Shown: piece by piece, positions 15,951 to 24,839 of the stretch | Position numbering within the stretch: the first letter of the stretch is position 1 | Layout: each line of letters begins with the position of its first letter | Source: a virus | Virus record (IMG/VR): IMGVR_UViG_3300045988_151578 | DNA: 64,000 nt | Reading direction: 5' to 3' (one strand) | Made by a program: the position numbers and the translations under genes | Notes under the pieces: model-generated | What the model was told of the DNA's origin: nothing | The model's input: the letters and a program-made list of their open reading frames with translations, nothing else | The model's database searches: none

Positions 15951-18233
15951 CTAGAGGTTTTTATTGTATATACGTTCATACTTATCCATTAAATCAGGGA
16001 ATTTCTTAGGGAATTCCTTAATACTTATGGATTTATATTTCTTATGCTCCTGAAGATATTCCTCTACAGAAAAATCAGGTTGAAGCATTTTATTGTAATC
16101 ATATCCCGGGATAAAAGGTAATTCTTCAGCCATAGTTCTACCAACAGAATAATCCATATCCATTTCAACATCATCTATCTGAAAACCAAAATAGGGTTTA
16201 GTCAAGGGATTTTTAAATATTTGCCACATTTTGTTTACAGTCCATACATTTATATCATTAGGATCAGCATTATAATATACGGCATCATGAACTGTAGCAA
16301 CTTCTTTCATATAGGGTAATTTACCTTGTCTCATATCCCAATATATAAGGATACTACCAAACAAAGTCATATCAGATGCGGGAGATTGACATGGGAAATT
16401 TAATCCCAATCTTATAGCATAAGCTTCTTCATCACTGCTTTCAGAATAAATCTGAGGTAATCTACGTCTTCTACCAAATAATGACATAAGATAACCATGT
16501 TTTCTTAGATATATTTCCTGTTTCTCCTTAAATTCTCTTAATTTTGGATGTTCATTGAAATATTCATCCATTTCTCTTTGAGCTTCCTGTTTAGAAACTA
16601 TAATACCTGCTTTAGGATCTGATAACTTAACTGCTAATAGATTTGCTCCGATACCATATATCAATCCAAAAGCTGTTTGCTTAGCATTTTTTCTACGTAT
16701 TTTCCAAAGAGTATGTTCCGGATGTTGTTCATCATCATATATTGCAAATGCTTCATCATAGGGTACTTTATATTTTTTAGCAGCAATAGCTAAGTGTGGA
16801 TCTTGACCTTCTGCAAATGCTCTTAAATAAGTTTCATCTCCAGATAAGTGAGCCATCATTCTTAATTCTGCTTGAGAAAAATCGGATTCAAAATATAATT
16901 TGCCAGGTTCTGCTACTAATTGCTTCTTTATATTGGGATCTACCGTAGTTTTAGGTATTTGCTGCATATTTGGTTCAGCAGAAGATAATCTACCAGATGT
17001 GGTTCCATGAATTAAATATCGTCCATGTAATCTATGATCATCCTGATATTTTTCACTCCATCCTAAGATATAAGTCTTATACATTTTTTCCAATCCTCTT
17101 AATTCAAGAAGATTATCCAAGAAAATGGCTTTTGGTGAATCGGGATTTTTTACTTTTAACCTAAGATTTGATAGAGTTTCCTCATCAGTACTTGGTTTAC
17201 CCTTATCCGTATATTTTAAAACAGGAAATTTAAATCCATCTTCACTATACATTAATTGAGGTAAATCATTATTACTGTTTAAGTTTACTCCCTTAGGCAG
17301 ATCTAATTCCTTTTTAGAACTATATATTCCAGCTTTAATATTGGATATTTTAGTCAATCTATTAGCTATTTTCTTTTCATTAGAACTACCTTCTGATTCT
17401 TCTAGTTCTTCTATTTCTTTTTGGATAGATTCTATATAGTTACTTATTTTAGTATCTACTAGATATTTACTGAACCTTTTAACCTTTGGCAAATTATAAA
17501 TATTCTCATAGGCTTTCTCTATTTTAGGTTGATAATCCTGTAATAGCTTTTTATTAAATTCAGTATCAATATACAAGCCATTCCTTTCAACGCCTTGTAT
17601 AACCCTTGAAGCAGGCATTATGAGATTTCTGAATAGATTGTAAAATCCCAGTTTAATAAGTTTATTCTCTAAGAAGATACATAATCTAAAAGTATAATCA
17701 CTATCCTGGCATCCATATTTGCATAGAGGTTCTAATTCCTTTTTATCCCAAGGTATCTTATCGAAATTATCTTGTTTTTCATAATCTACATGTTCAGGTA
17801 AGTATCTCCTTACCATACTCTTAAGATCGTTAGGTTTCTCTTCATTAAGAACATATTTAGCAAGCATACCATCTATAACAGTACCTCTATACCAAATCTT
17901 ATACCTATCGAATATCTGAAAGTCAAACTTTAAGTTCCAACCTAATTTAACTACTTTTGGGTTTTCTATAATATGCTTACCAAATATTAGCAAAGCTTTT
18001 TTCCAATTATATCCCTTATCGGTATACTGTTTTGTCTGAAAATGGTCTAAAGGGATAGAACAACCCATACCTGGTTGAAAACATACAGATAGTATAGTTG
18101 GTTTAAAAGTATCATTATATATGGGTTCACTATTAGTTTCAAAGTCTACAGATGAATATCCAGTAGACTTACAAGCTCGAATTAATTTGTAAAGCTCCTT
18201 ATAATTTCTTATTATGTGATATTTAGTTTCCAT
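15951..18233 (-). CDS. family A DNA polymerase with 3'-5' exonuclease domain
   Basis: Exo I VDFETN. Also TSGRLSSAEPNMQQIP, motif A DFSQAELRMMAH, motif B RRKNAKQTAFGLIYG, and motif C VATVHDAV. Confidence 0.95.
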   Translation of the reverse strand: METKYHIIRNYKELYKLIRACKSTGYSSVDFETNSEPIYNDTFKPTILSVCFQPGMGCSIPLDHFQTKQYTDKGYNWKKALLIFGKHIIENPKVVKLGWNLKFDFQIFDRYKIWYRGTVIDGMLAKYVLNEEKPNDLKSMVRRYLPEHVDYEKQDNFDKIPWDKKELEPLCKYGCQDSDYTFRLCIFLENKLIKLGFYNLFRNLIMPASRVIQGVERNGLYIDTEFNKKLLQDYQPKIEKAYENIYNLPKVKRFSKYLVDTKISNYIESIQKEIEELEESEGSSNEKKIANRLTKISNIKAGIYSSKKELDLPKGVNLNSNNDLPQLMYSEDGFKFPVLKYTDKGKPSTDEETLSNLRLKVKNPDSPKAIFLDNLLELRGLEKMYKTYILGWSEKYQDDHRLHGRYLIHGTTSGRLSSAEPNMQQIPKTTVDPNIKKQLVAEPGKLYFESDFSQAELRMMAHLSGDETYLRAFAEGQDPHLAIAAKKYKVPYDEAFAIYDDEQHPEHTLWKIRRKNAKQTAFGLIYGIGANLLAVKLSDPKAGIIVSKQEAQREMDEYFNEHPKLREFKEKQEIYLRKHGYLMSLFGRRRRLPQIYSESSDEEAYAIRLGLNFPCQSPASDMTLFGSILIYWDMRQGKLPYMKEVATVHDAVYYNADPNDINVWTVNKMWQIFKNPLTKPYFGFQIDDVEMDMDYSVGRTMAEELPFIPGYDYNKMLQPDFSVEEYLQEHKKYKSISIKEFPKKFPDLMDKYERIYNKNL

Positions 18234-18249
18234 ATATAACCGTATTTAA

Positions 18250-18269
18250 GGGTGAGGATATCCTCACCC
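18250..18269. terminator. perfect 20-bp GC-rich palindrome between the ThyA-like and polymerase genes (possible weak terminator)
   Basis: GGGTGAGGAT/ATCCTCACCC. A T-run (TATGTTTTT) follows only on the plus strand, so its role for minus-strand transcripts is uncertain. Confidence 0.4.
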
Positions 18270-18276
18270 TATGTTT

Positions 18277-19053
18277 TTAATATTTATCAACTAATTCTGA
18301 TAGATCTCTACTAAGCCCCTTCCAATCTTTTTTGTAAGCATGTAGAGAATCTATATTGTGGTATAAATAACCCGGTGCAACACCAACTTCTTTAGCAATG
18401 TAATTCTTTAATCTCCAAGCTAAGTATACATCGTTACCGAAGTGTTGTATATAATCTGAGGATCTCTGATTATATATCATATGAAGTACCTTTCTTCCGC
18501 CTATGTTCTCTCTTATTAAGAAATGATAATACATTGAACATGGTATTCTTCTAGAACCATCAAGATAATCCTTATCTATAGTTGTATTCCATACACTTAA
18601 TATTGCTTTACGAGTATCAGGATCATCTTTAAGTAACTGTATTACGTTGTCAATGTAATTATTACAATTATCTTTATAAAAGGCTAAATCATTAAATCTT
18701 TCATTATAGGTATAATCAAATACTCCATGATCATTACCTCTGTCTACCAAGAATTGTTCCCAAAGATCCCTTCTTTCTTTCCAAGCTTCTCCCGGGTTTA
18801 TAAAGCTTCTATTTATTCTCTCATTAAATTCGGCTTTAGCCCAATCATATGAATGAGAGAATGTGAACAACCAAACTGGATCACCAATATCTATCAAACA
18901 ATATGACTGAGCGATTATTTCCTTAGTTATATAATCCTCATTACCCTCGATATCTTTATTCTGATAATGTTTAGGTTTTACAGTAAAACCATAACTCCTT
19001 AATTCCCTGCCCATTTCTGACATGAGCTCAAATGAATTTCCAAATATTCTCAT
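18277..19053 (-). CDS. thymidylate-synthase-fold pyrimidine C5 transferase; candidate dCMP hydroxymethylase/methylase
   Basis: IDNVIQLLKDDPDTRKAILSVWN, catalytic IPCSMYYHF, NQRSSDYIQHFGNDVYLAW and DSLHAY align without gaps to E. coli ThyA C146..R166..D169..N177..H207/Y209. Asp occupies the N177 position. The C-terminus is short. Confidence 0.6.
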   Translation of the reverse strand: MRIFGNSFELMSEMGRELRSYGFTVKPKHYQNKDIEGNEDYITKEIIAQSYCLIDIGDPVWLFTFSHSYDWAKAEFNERINRSFINPGEAWKERRDLWEQFLVDRGNDHGVFDYTYNERFNDLAFYKDNCNNYIDNVIQLLKDDPDTRKAILSVWNTTIDKDYLDGSRRIPCSMYYHFLIRENIGGRKVLHMIYNQRSSDYIQHFGNDVYLAWRLKNYIAKEVGVAPGYLYHNIDSLHAYKKDWKGLSRDLSELVDKY

Positions 19054-19093
19054 AGTTTTAATTATTTATTGTTAATCTATAGCAAACGGTCTA

Positions 19094-20029
19094 CTATTTA
19101 CTGTTAGAGTTGTTTTTAGCTTCTCTTTTCATCTTAGCCAGGTATTTCTTTTTATAGGCTTTTCTTTGAGAAAAACTTATTATGTTCTCGGGATATTCAA
19201 TATCATCTTCCTCTATTACTAAGTCCTTAGCATATAGGGGTCTATAAGTATATATATCTGGTCTAAGTACTTTAAAACTTCGGAAATATACCTTGAATGA
19301 AGAAAAATCCTTCTCTTCTCCCTTCTTAAACTTATCAAATACTGACTTAACCTTAGTTACCCAGGGATTATCAATACCCTTTAATACCTTCTTAAGGGAT
19401 TTATGAGTATGATACATGATAAGGGTCTCAGTATTACCATACATCTGGGTAGCAAATACATTTAGCTGTACCGATTGATTAGGTCCATAAATGTATTCAG
19501 CCATCCTCTGAACCAGTAAGAAATCAAAAATGAGCCTTTTAGTAATTTCTGAAGCTCTTAATACCATAGTTATTACAGGTATATCTTCCTGAAATCTTTT
19601 AGAGAATGTAGCCGATATTAGGCATTGCTTACCATTATCATGCTTATTATTGAAGATATAACTTACATTGTAATTCTGATTATATTTCACTTTTAGGAAT
19701 CTTAACTTACTTCTAAGTAAATCTAGCTTGTTAAAATCAATATAATTATTCAGCAAGCTTGACCATTTAGAACTTGTATAGTTAAAACACCTACCATAAT
19801 CAAATTCAGGATCAACCCAGGCTTTTCTTATTCGAATAAATACGTTATATACTACGGCTAATCCACTATTGGCTATAGCTCCTTTATTAAATAATATTGG
19901 GTTCAACTGTAAGAAGTACTCATTAAGTTTTTCCCATGCCTCCTGAGAGGTAGAGAACTCCAGAGTATGAATATTCTCTGAACAATCCATGTTCTCTAAC
20001 CCCTCTAATTGTTTATTCCATCCAGACAT
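19094..20029 (-). CDS. hypothetical protein embedded in the nucleotide-metabolism cluster
   Basis: 311-aa ORF between the ThyA-like and gp56-like genes. There is a faint ThyA-like pattern (..YTSSKWSSLLNNYIDF.., GKQCLISATF, MVLRASEITKRLIFDFLLVQRMAEYI), which is not enough for a call. Confidence 0.5.
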   Translation of the reverse strand: MSGWNKQLEGLENMDCSENIHTLEFSTSQEAWEKLNEYFLQLNPILFNKGAIANSGLAVVYNVFIRIRKAWVDPEFDYGRCFNYTSSKWSSLLNNYIDFNKLDLLRSKLRFLKVKYNQNYNVSYIFNNKHDNGKQCLISATFSKRFQEDIPVITMVLRASEITKRLIFDFLLVQRMAEYIYGPNQSVQLNVFATQMYGNTETLIMYHTHKSLKKVLKGIDNPWVTKVKSVFDKFKKGEEKDFSSFKVYFRSFKVLRPDIYTYRPLYAKDLVIEEDDIEYPENIISFSQRKAYKKKYLAKMKREAKNNSNSK

Positions 20030-20030
20030 A

Positions 20031-20879
20031 TTAATAATTAGTTTTTAATCTCCAAAGGTTTAACTTATACTTCTTAAAGTATAGATTAGTTATACTGTAA
20101 CAATCAAATCCATACATCTTAATAAATCCCATAAATAAATAGAAGGCTTCTACGATATAATTTTGAACTTCATTTTCTTTAGTTAATACCTGAGTTTTCT
20201 TCCATGGTCTACACTTAAGATCATTTCTAGCCATATTAAGGCAATAGGTTATATGGAATATAGCCAATTTCTCTGTTCGGTGATAACCATAATTCATACG
20301 ACTAAATCCCGGGATGTATTCACTATCGGATGATGTTTGGTAATCCACTATATTATATGGAGCAGTAGTTATAGCAGAATCATCCATCTTACTTATAAGT
20401 AAATCACGTCCAACAGCCATTACCTGATTTAAATTGGTGCATACCTTGGTTATATACTTACCTGACCACCTTAGTAAATCACTACTATCAATGTTCAAAT
20501 AAAGAAGGATAGTCATAAGGAATCCCAAAGCATCTGCCTGTTCTTCACAAGCATTCTGCAATGTATCTTTTATATACTGGGTACTTTCATCATCTAACCT
20601 ATCCATATTCCATCCAATAGAATCATTATTCAATAACTGATATACAGTATCGGTAGATTCAAATCCCTCATTTAGTTCCTCTATAACCCTACTTATAAAA
20701 TCCTTTATGATCTCCTGATTACGAGGTATATTAATATTCATAGGATAATCAGGTAATTGTTCTATACCACTATCCTTATAAGCTTTAAGTTGATCCTTAG
20801 CTATGTCGAATATAGTATCTAAAAAATTTAGATTATAGGAATCTATAGATAACTTATCTTTAATATTACGTATATCCAT
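20031..20879 (-). CDS. all-alpha NTP pyrophosphohydrolase (dimeric dUTPase / T4 gp56 dCTPase-like)
   Basis: Acidic metal-binding helices VIEELNEGFES and ACEEQADALGFLMTIL. The C-terminal NLYFKKYKLNLWRLKTNY resembles the gp56 / dUTPase_2 C-terminal motif (..Y.K N..N..R...Y). Confidence 0.55.
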   Translation of the reverse strand: MDIRNIKDKLSIDSYNLNFLDTIFDIAKDQLKAYKDSGIEQLPDYPMNINIPRNQEIIKDFISRVIEELNEGFESTDTVYQLLNNDSIGWNMDRLDDESTQYIKDTLQNACEEQADALGFLMTILLYLNIDSSDLLRWSGKYITKVCTNLNQVMAVGRDLLISKMDDSAITTAPYNIVDYQTSSDSEYIPGFSRMNYGYHRTEKLAIFHITYCLNMARNDLKCRPWKKTQVLTKENEVQNYIVEAFYLFMGFIKMYGFDCYSITNLYFKKYKLNLWRLKTNY

Positions 20880-20881
20880 AA

Positions 20882-21658
20882 TTATAATTTTTCAGTTGAA
20901 ATACCAGATCCCATACCATTAGACCCTCTATCACTACCATTAGATAACTTATCATAAGCTTCATCGGTAGTTTCAAGTAATACGCTTTTGATATATGGTG
21001 TATGTAAGAATTGTATCAACCCCTTATTATTTGAATAAGTAGCCATATCCAAAGTTACAGATTTATCCCCTAAGTTAGCTAAGCCTATATGTATTTCACC
21101 AGTATAATCTGCATCTACTACTTCAGCAGTAAATATCAAGCCATTATTAGTAGCCATACCAGATTTATTCTTAGCCAATAGACAAGTACCTTTATCTACT
21201 ATCCATACCCTTATACCTGAAGGAATAGAAACTCTTCCGTTTGGTTTTATAACTATACTATCTATCTCTCCCAATAGATTAGTATTAAACAAACAGCGAT
21301 GATATTTAGTTATATCAGAGGGTTTTAACAGTGGCATAAAGAAATCTATACCAGCATCATTGTTACAAGCTCTTCTTGGACATTTAACTTTCCTTAATCG
21401 AGTAAAGTAAATCAAATCTGATTCTACTAAATCCTCTACATCATCATGAAGGTGAATTTTATTATTTCTCATAGTTTTCTTATCTTTATTTATTATTTCT
21501 AAACTACCATCTCCAACAAAATCAAGTCTACTCATAAATTCCTCTTTTCTTTTGGCTCTTTTAGCTTGATTTTCTTTAGAAATAGATTCGATATCTCTAT
21601 AAAAACTGTAAAGCTTAAATTTAAAATTTGGCTTTTTATTTCTTTTATGATTTACCAT
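20882..21658 (-). CDS. dut: trimeric dUTPase with an N-terminal extension of about 80 aa
   Basis: Motifs NDAGIDFF (1), NKSGMA (2), VVDADYTGEI (3), GLIQFL (4) and RGSNGMGSG (5). Confidence 0.8.
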   Translation of the reverse strand: MVNHKRNKKPNFKFKLYSFYRDIESISKENQAKRAKRKEEFMSRLDFVGDGSLEIINKDKKTMRNNKIHLHDDVEDLVESDLIYFTRLRKVKCPRRACNNDAGIDFFMPLLKPSDITKYHRCLFNTNLLGEIDSIVIKPNGRVSIPSGIRVWIVDKGTCLLAKNKSGMATNNGLIFTAEVVDADYTGEIHIGLANLGDKSVTLDMATYSNNKGLIQFLHTPYIKSVLLETTDEAYDKLSNGSDRGSNGMGSGISTEKL

Positions 21659-22052
21659 ACATCTCCCTATAGATTTTCCTTACATCCTTAGAAGGTATTT
21701 CGAATTTCTCGGAGCATTTCTTTACTATATCTCTTCGAGTATATTCACCCTTCCTCTTTAATCTACGGATATATTTCTTTAATCCTTGAACATCTATAAG
21801 AGTATCTAAGTCCTTGTAGTGATTTTTGCTTTCTAATTCTTTTCGGGTTATATTTAAGTTTTGAGACATCTTGAAAGCACATAATTCAGAATCACCACAT
21901 ATTCTACACTCAGAAGTACTTAAATCATAATTCTTACCAAAGCATGGATCTCCATTAGAACCTATAAACATAAAAGATATAGGTTCTAATGGATCCTGCT
22001 TAGTAAGATCTAACGTTTTTTTCTTTTTATTGATCTTACATATAGAGCTCAT
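21645..22052 (-). CDS. hypothetical protein
   Basis: 135-aa ORF with a Cys cluster (CFG..ECRICGDSELC) and a basic C-terminus. Confidence 0.55.
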   Translation of the reverse strand: MSSICKINKKKKTLDLTKQDPLEPISFMFIGSNGDPCFGKNYDLSTSECRICGDSELCAFKMSQNLNITRKELESKNHYKDLDTLIDVQGLKKYIRRLKRKGEYTRRDIVKKCSEKFEIPSKDVRKIYREMYGKS

Positions 22053-22062
22053 AAGTTACACT

Positions 22063-22575
22063 TTAACAATAACTATATTGATACAATACGTGAACAATTC
22101 CAGACCACATACCATTTTCTTTTGCTACTTCTGAATAGTATGATGAATCAGCCAATTCTTGAGGTATGCCGTATATAGTGTATAGCTGATTTTTCAGCTT
22201 AGCATCTATCAACTGGTTCTTAATACGAATAAGATCCTGAAGATTGGTCAAATAAAGAGTTAAACTCAATTGACTGTAGATTATACTAAAACGATAAACT
22301 GTAACCGGTCCCATCTTATTCTCCATGATGTTAGTTACAAATTTATAATCCGGATCAATAAATATATTATTGCATATATCTATCTTTGGAGCCTCTTCTC
22401 TGGGTTTAATCACTTCTTCATCTTTAATATGGTTATCATCTGTAGCCATAAGAGTTTCTCCACAATTTTTACAGATAATCTTTACTTCCTTATCTGAAGG
22501 ATTAATGTTAACCATGTTTTCAGTACCGCATTTTGGGCACTTAAAAGCTTCTTTTTTAAATCTGCTCATATTCAA
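22063..22575 (-). CDS. zinc-ribbon protein
   Basis: N-terminal CPKCGTE..(17 aa)..CKNCGE four-Cys ribbon. The rest of the protein is unrecognised. Confidence 0.55.
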   Translation of the reverse strand: MNMSRFKKEAFKCPKCGTENMVNINPSDKEVKIICKNCGETLMATDDNHIKDEEVIKPREEAPKIDICNNIFIDPDYKFVTNIMENKMGPVTVYRFSIIYSQLSLTLYLTNLQDLIRIKNQLIDAKLKNQLYTIYGIPQELADSSYYSEVAKENGMWSGIVHVLYQYSYC

Positions 22576-22638
22576 AGTATTTTTAGTTATTATTTAACAT
22601 AATATAATAGGTCGAAAGTAATATTTAACGTACTGGTA

Positions 22639-23145
22639 TTATTCTGCAGTAATATGATTAATCAGCTCTGATATAAGCTTGTAGTCTTTCTCTCGATGAT
22701 AAGCAAGTTTCTTTGAAATCATATTCTCTAGATTTGCAAAAGGATAAGCAAGGGTTCCATTTTCAAAATCCAATCTACTGTAGCTACTTCTTATGATATC
22801 AGAATTATCATGGGGATCCACTATGATAAGATTAATGATTACTCCTTTGTAATAGAAAGCAACATTATAGGTGTTCTTATAAGAGGGATCCATTTTAATA
22901 TTGCTAGCATCAACCAAAGTTTGAATGGTAGATCTTATGGATAAGAATTCAGGTTTATTAATAAGGATATCTACATCTCCCACCAAGTATCTATGCTTTT
23001 CAGCAAATTTAGGGAATTGTTGGTATAAAGCAACTCTGCCAGTAATAGCAGTTTGTTCTGCAATGCTGTTCTTTATTAAAACATCAGCATAAAAGCTTTC
23101 GATAGCTTTGATATACTGTTCCTTAGTAAAACTTTTGTTAAGCAT
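22639..23145 (-). CDS. hypothetical protein, possibly a Pol-beta-type nucleotidyltransferase fold (first gene behind early promoter copy 3)
   Basis: TGRVALYQQ..(about 15 aa)..GDVDILI, then NLIIVDPHD, resembles the hG[GS]..DxD..D nucleotidyltransferase signature. This is weak. Confidence 0.35.
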   Translation of the reverse strand: MLNKSFTKEQYIKAIESFYADVLIKNSIAEQTAITGRVALYQQFPKFAEKHRYLVGDVDILINKPEFLSIRSTIQTLVDASNIKMDPSYKNTYNVAFYYKGVIINLIIVDPHDNSDIIRSSYSRLDFENGTLAYPFANLENMISKKLAYHREKDYKLISELINHITAE

Positions 23146-23183
23146 AATTTTATAATTTTAAAGTGAAACAATTTATTTATATG

Positions 23184-23215
23184 CAAATATAATATATTTA
23201 TTTTATATATGCAAA
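23184..23215 (-). promoter_or_regulatory. Bacteroidota-type promoter, conserved early cassette copy 3
   Basis: On the minus strand: TTTG (23215-23212), 20-nt spacer, TATATTTG (23191-23184). The leader TGTTTCACTTTAAAAT lies at 23170-23155, and the ATG at 23145. Confidence 0.8.
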
Positions 23216-23310
23216 TTTCTATTTATAATAAGCTGAGTTAAGTACTTATTGTTGTGGATTAGATCTTATCTTTTAGACCTCCTTATTTTTGGGATTTATA
23301 GGTAGTGCCT

Positions 23311-23336
23311 ATCTTCAGTTCCCAGGAACTGAAGAT
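23311..23336 (-). terminator. stem-loop terminator candidate after the SF2 helicase gene
   Basis: Perfect inverted repeat ATCTTCAGTTCC / GGAACTGAAGAT with a 2-nt centre, 23 nt past the stop codon at 23359. There is no clear T-run. Confidence 0.5.
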
Positions 23337-23358
23337 ATGACATCATAGTACTTATGAT

Positions 23359-24837
23359 TTATAGAGGATACGAGTATTTATGCCTATTCTTCGAGAGATC
23401 TATTACCTTTAACCCCTGATCTATATAATAATTCTTTCTATGCTTACTATGCCTTGAAAGATATTTACCAGGGTAAGATAAATCATCTAAATAAACACGA
23501 CTCTTAGTTTTACTGGTTCTTACTAATCGTCCTAAGAACTGAATAGATTTTTCTTGAGAATCCATAGATGATGCCTGTATCATACATCTCAATAAAGGAA
23601 AGTTTTTACCACGAGCTATAATAGTAGTAGATATTAGGATATCTATATCACCATTCCTAAATTTATTCATTATATCTACTCTCTCTTTAGTTGGAGTATT
23701 TACATGTACACAGGCAATTTTATATTTCTTAAGTTTATCTTTCAAGAATGTATAAAGATTTTCTGCATGTTTAACATATTTGCATACTACGAGAGCAGGA
23801 ACTCTACCGTATGACAAATTATATTTTAATCGGAATAATACCATTTGCCAATTACGAGTATTATTCGTAATCATATCATCATATAAATCCTTATAATCGG
23901 TATACTCAGATTCATAATTACCATACCAATATTTTCCAGGAACTATTTTCACTATGGTGTTAGTAGAATATCCCTTTTTAATGGATTCCTTTAAAGTGAA
24001 TTTAGCTATCTCAGGACCAAAAAAAGATTCAAGGTTAAAATTCTTAAGCTTATCCTTAGCTAATTTACTCATATATATGGTTCCAGATAAACCTAATCTT
24101 ACCCGGGTATTATATAAATGAGTTATCACATTCTGATACATTTTATTATTAGCCAAGTCTGCCTCATCTACTAATACCATATCAATTTTAGATAACTCTC
24201 TTTGATAGGTCTTTATATTCCGGGATATAGATTGGATCATACCTATAGAGAATTGGGTCCAATTACTAACTTTACTACCCTGAACATAAGTTATGTTTTC
24301 ATTTGGTAGGTATTTACAGAATTCTTGCTTAGCTTGTCTTAACCAATCGGCATCATTAGTTATCAATAAAGTCTTTAGTTTCTTTTTAAAAGATAGATAC
24401 AAAGCCGACATTATTAAACTCTTACCAGCATTTACCGTATAATTTATTACACCAATAGGATATTGTACTCCCATAATTTGATTATGAATAACTGATTCTA
24501 CGGCTTTAATCTGTTCGGGTCTTAATTTATACTCTCCTATTGATCTTATGGATTTATCTACTTTAGGTATTGGAGATCTTTCATCTAATATCCTAAAATC
24601 TTTATACCCATAACTGTGTAATAAATTTACTATCCTGGGTAACATACCAATTTTAAATTGGCCTTTAGCGGAAATAAATTTTACTTTACCATCCCAATTA
24701 GCCATACCTCTGGCTCTAGTCCTTAAATAAAAAGCATTGGGATGTCTTATTGATAGGTCTTTATATAATTTTAAAGCCCACTTCTGAGGTATATCTACCT
24801 CTCCAACATTACAATTTTTAATTATTATCCTTCCCAT
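23359..24837 (-). CDS. SF2 DEAD/DEAH-box DNA helicase (UvsW-like)
   Basis: Motif I TVNAGKSLIMS, motif II VLVDEADL, motif III GLSGT, and helicase-C motifs ILISTTIIARGKNFP and QFLGRLVR. Confidence 0.8.
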   Translation of the reverse strand: MGRIIIKNCNVGEVDIPQKWALKLYKDLSIRHPNAFYLRTRARGMANWDGKVKFISAKGQFKIGMLPRIVNLLHSYGYKDFRILDERSPIPKVDKSIRSIGEYKLRPEQIKAVESVIHNQIMGVQYPIGVINYTVNAGKSLIMSALYLSFKKKLKTLLITNDADWLRQAKQEFCKYLPNENITYVQGSKVSNWTQFSIGMIQSISRNIKTYQRELSKIDMVLVDEADLANNKMYQNVITHLYNTRVRLGLSGTIYMSKLAKDKLKNFNLESFFGPEIAKFTLKESIKKGYSTNTIVKIVPGKYWYGNYESEYTDYKDLYDDMITNNTRNWQMVLFRLKYNLSYGRVPALVVCKYVKHAENLYTFLKDKLKKYKIACVHVNTPTKERVDIMNKFRNGDIDILISTTIIARGKNFPLLRCMIQASSMDSQEKSIQFLGRLVRTSKTKSRVYLDDLSYPGKYLSRHSKHRKNYYIDQGLKVIDLSKNRHKYSYPL

Positions 24838-24839
24838 AT

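Noticed and set aside
23220-23358. tRNA or small RNA genes in the larger intergenic gaps (23220-23358, 28266-28390, 3114-3180, 44604-44739, 57001-57131)
   Set aside because: No cloverleaf arrangement or T-loop consensus (GTTCGAAT-like) is visible. The structures present are simple hairpins explained as terminators.
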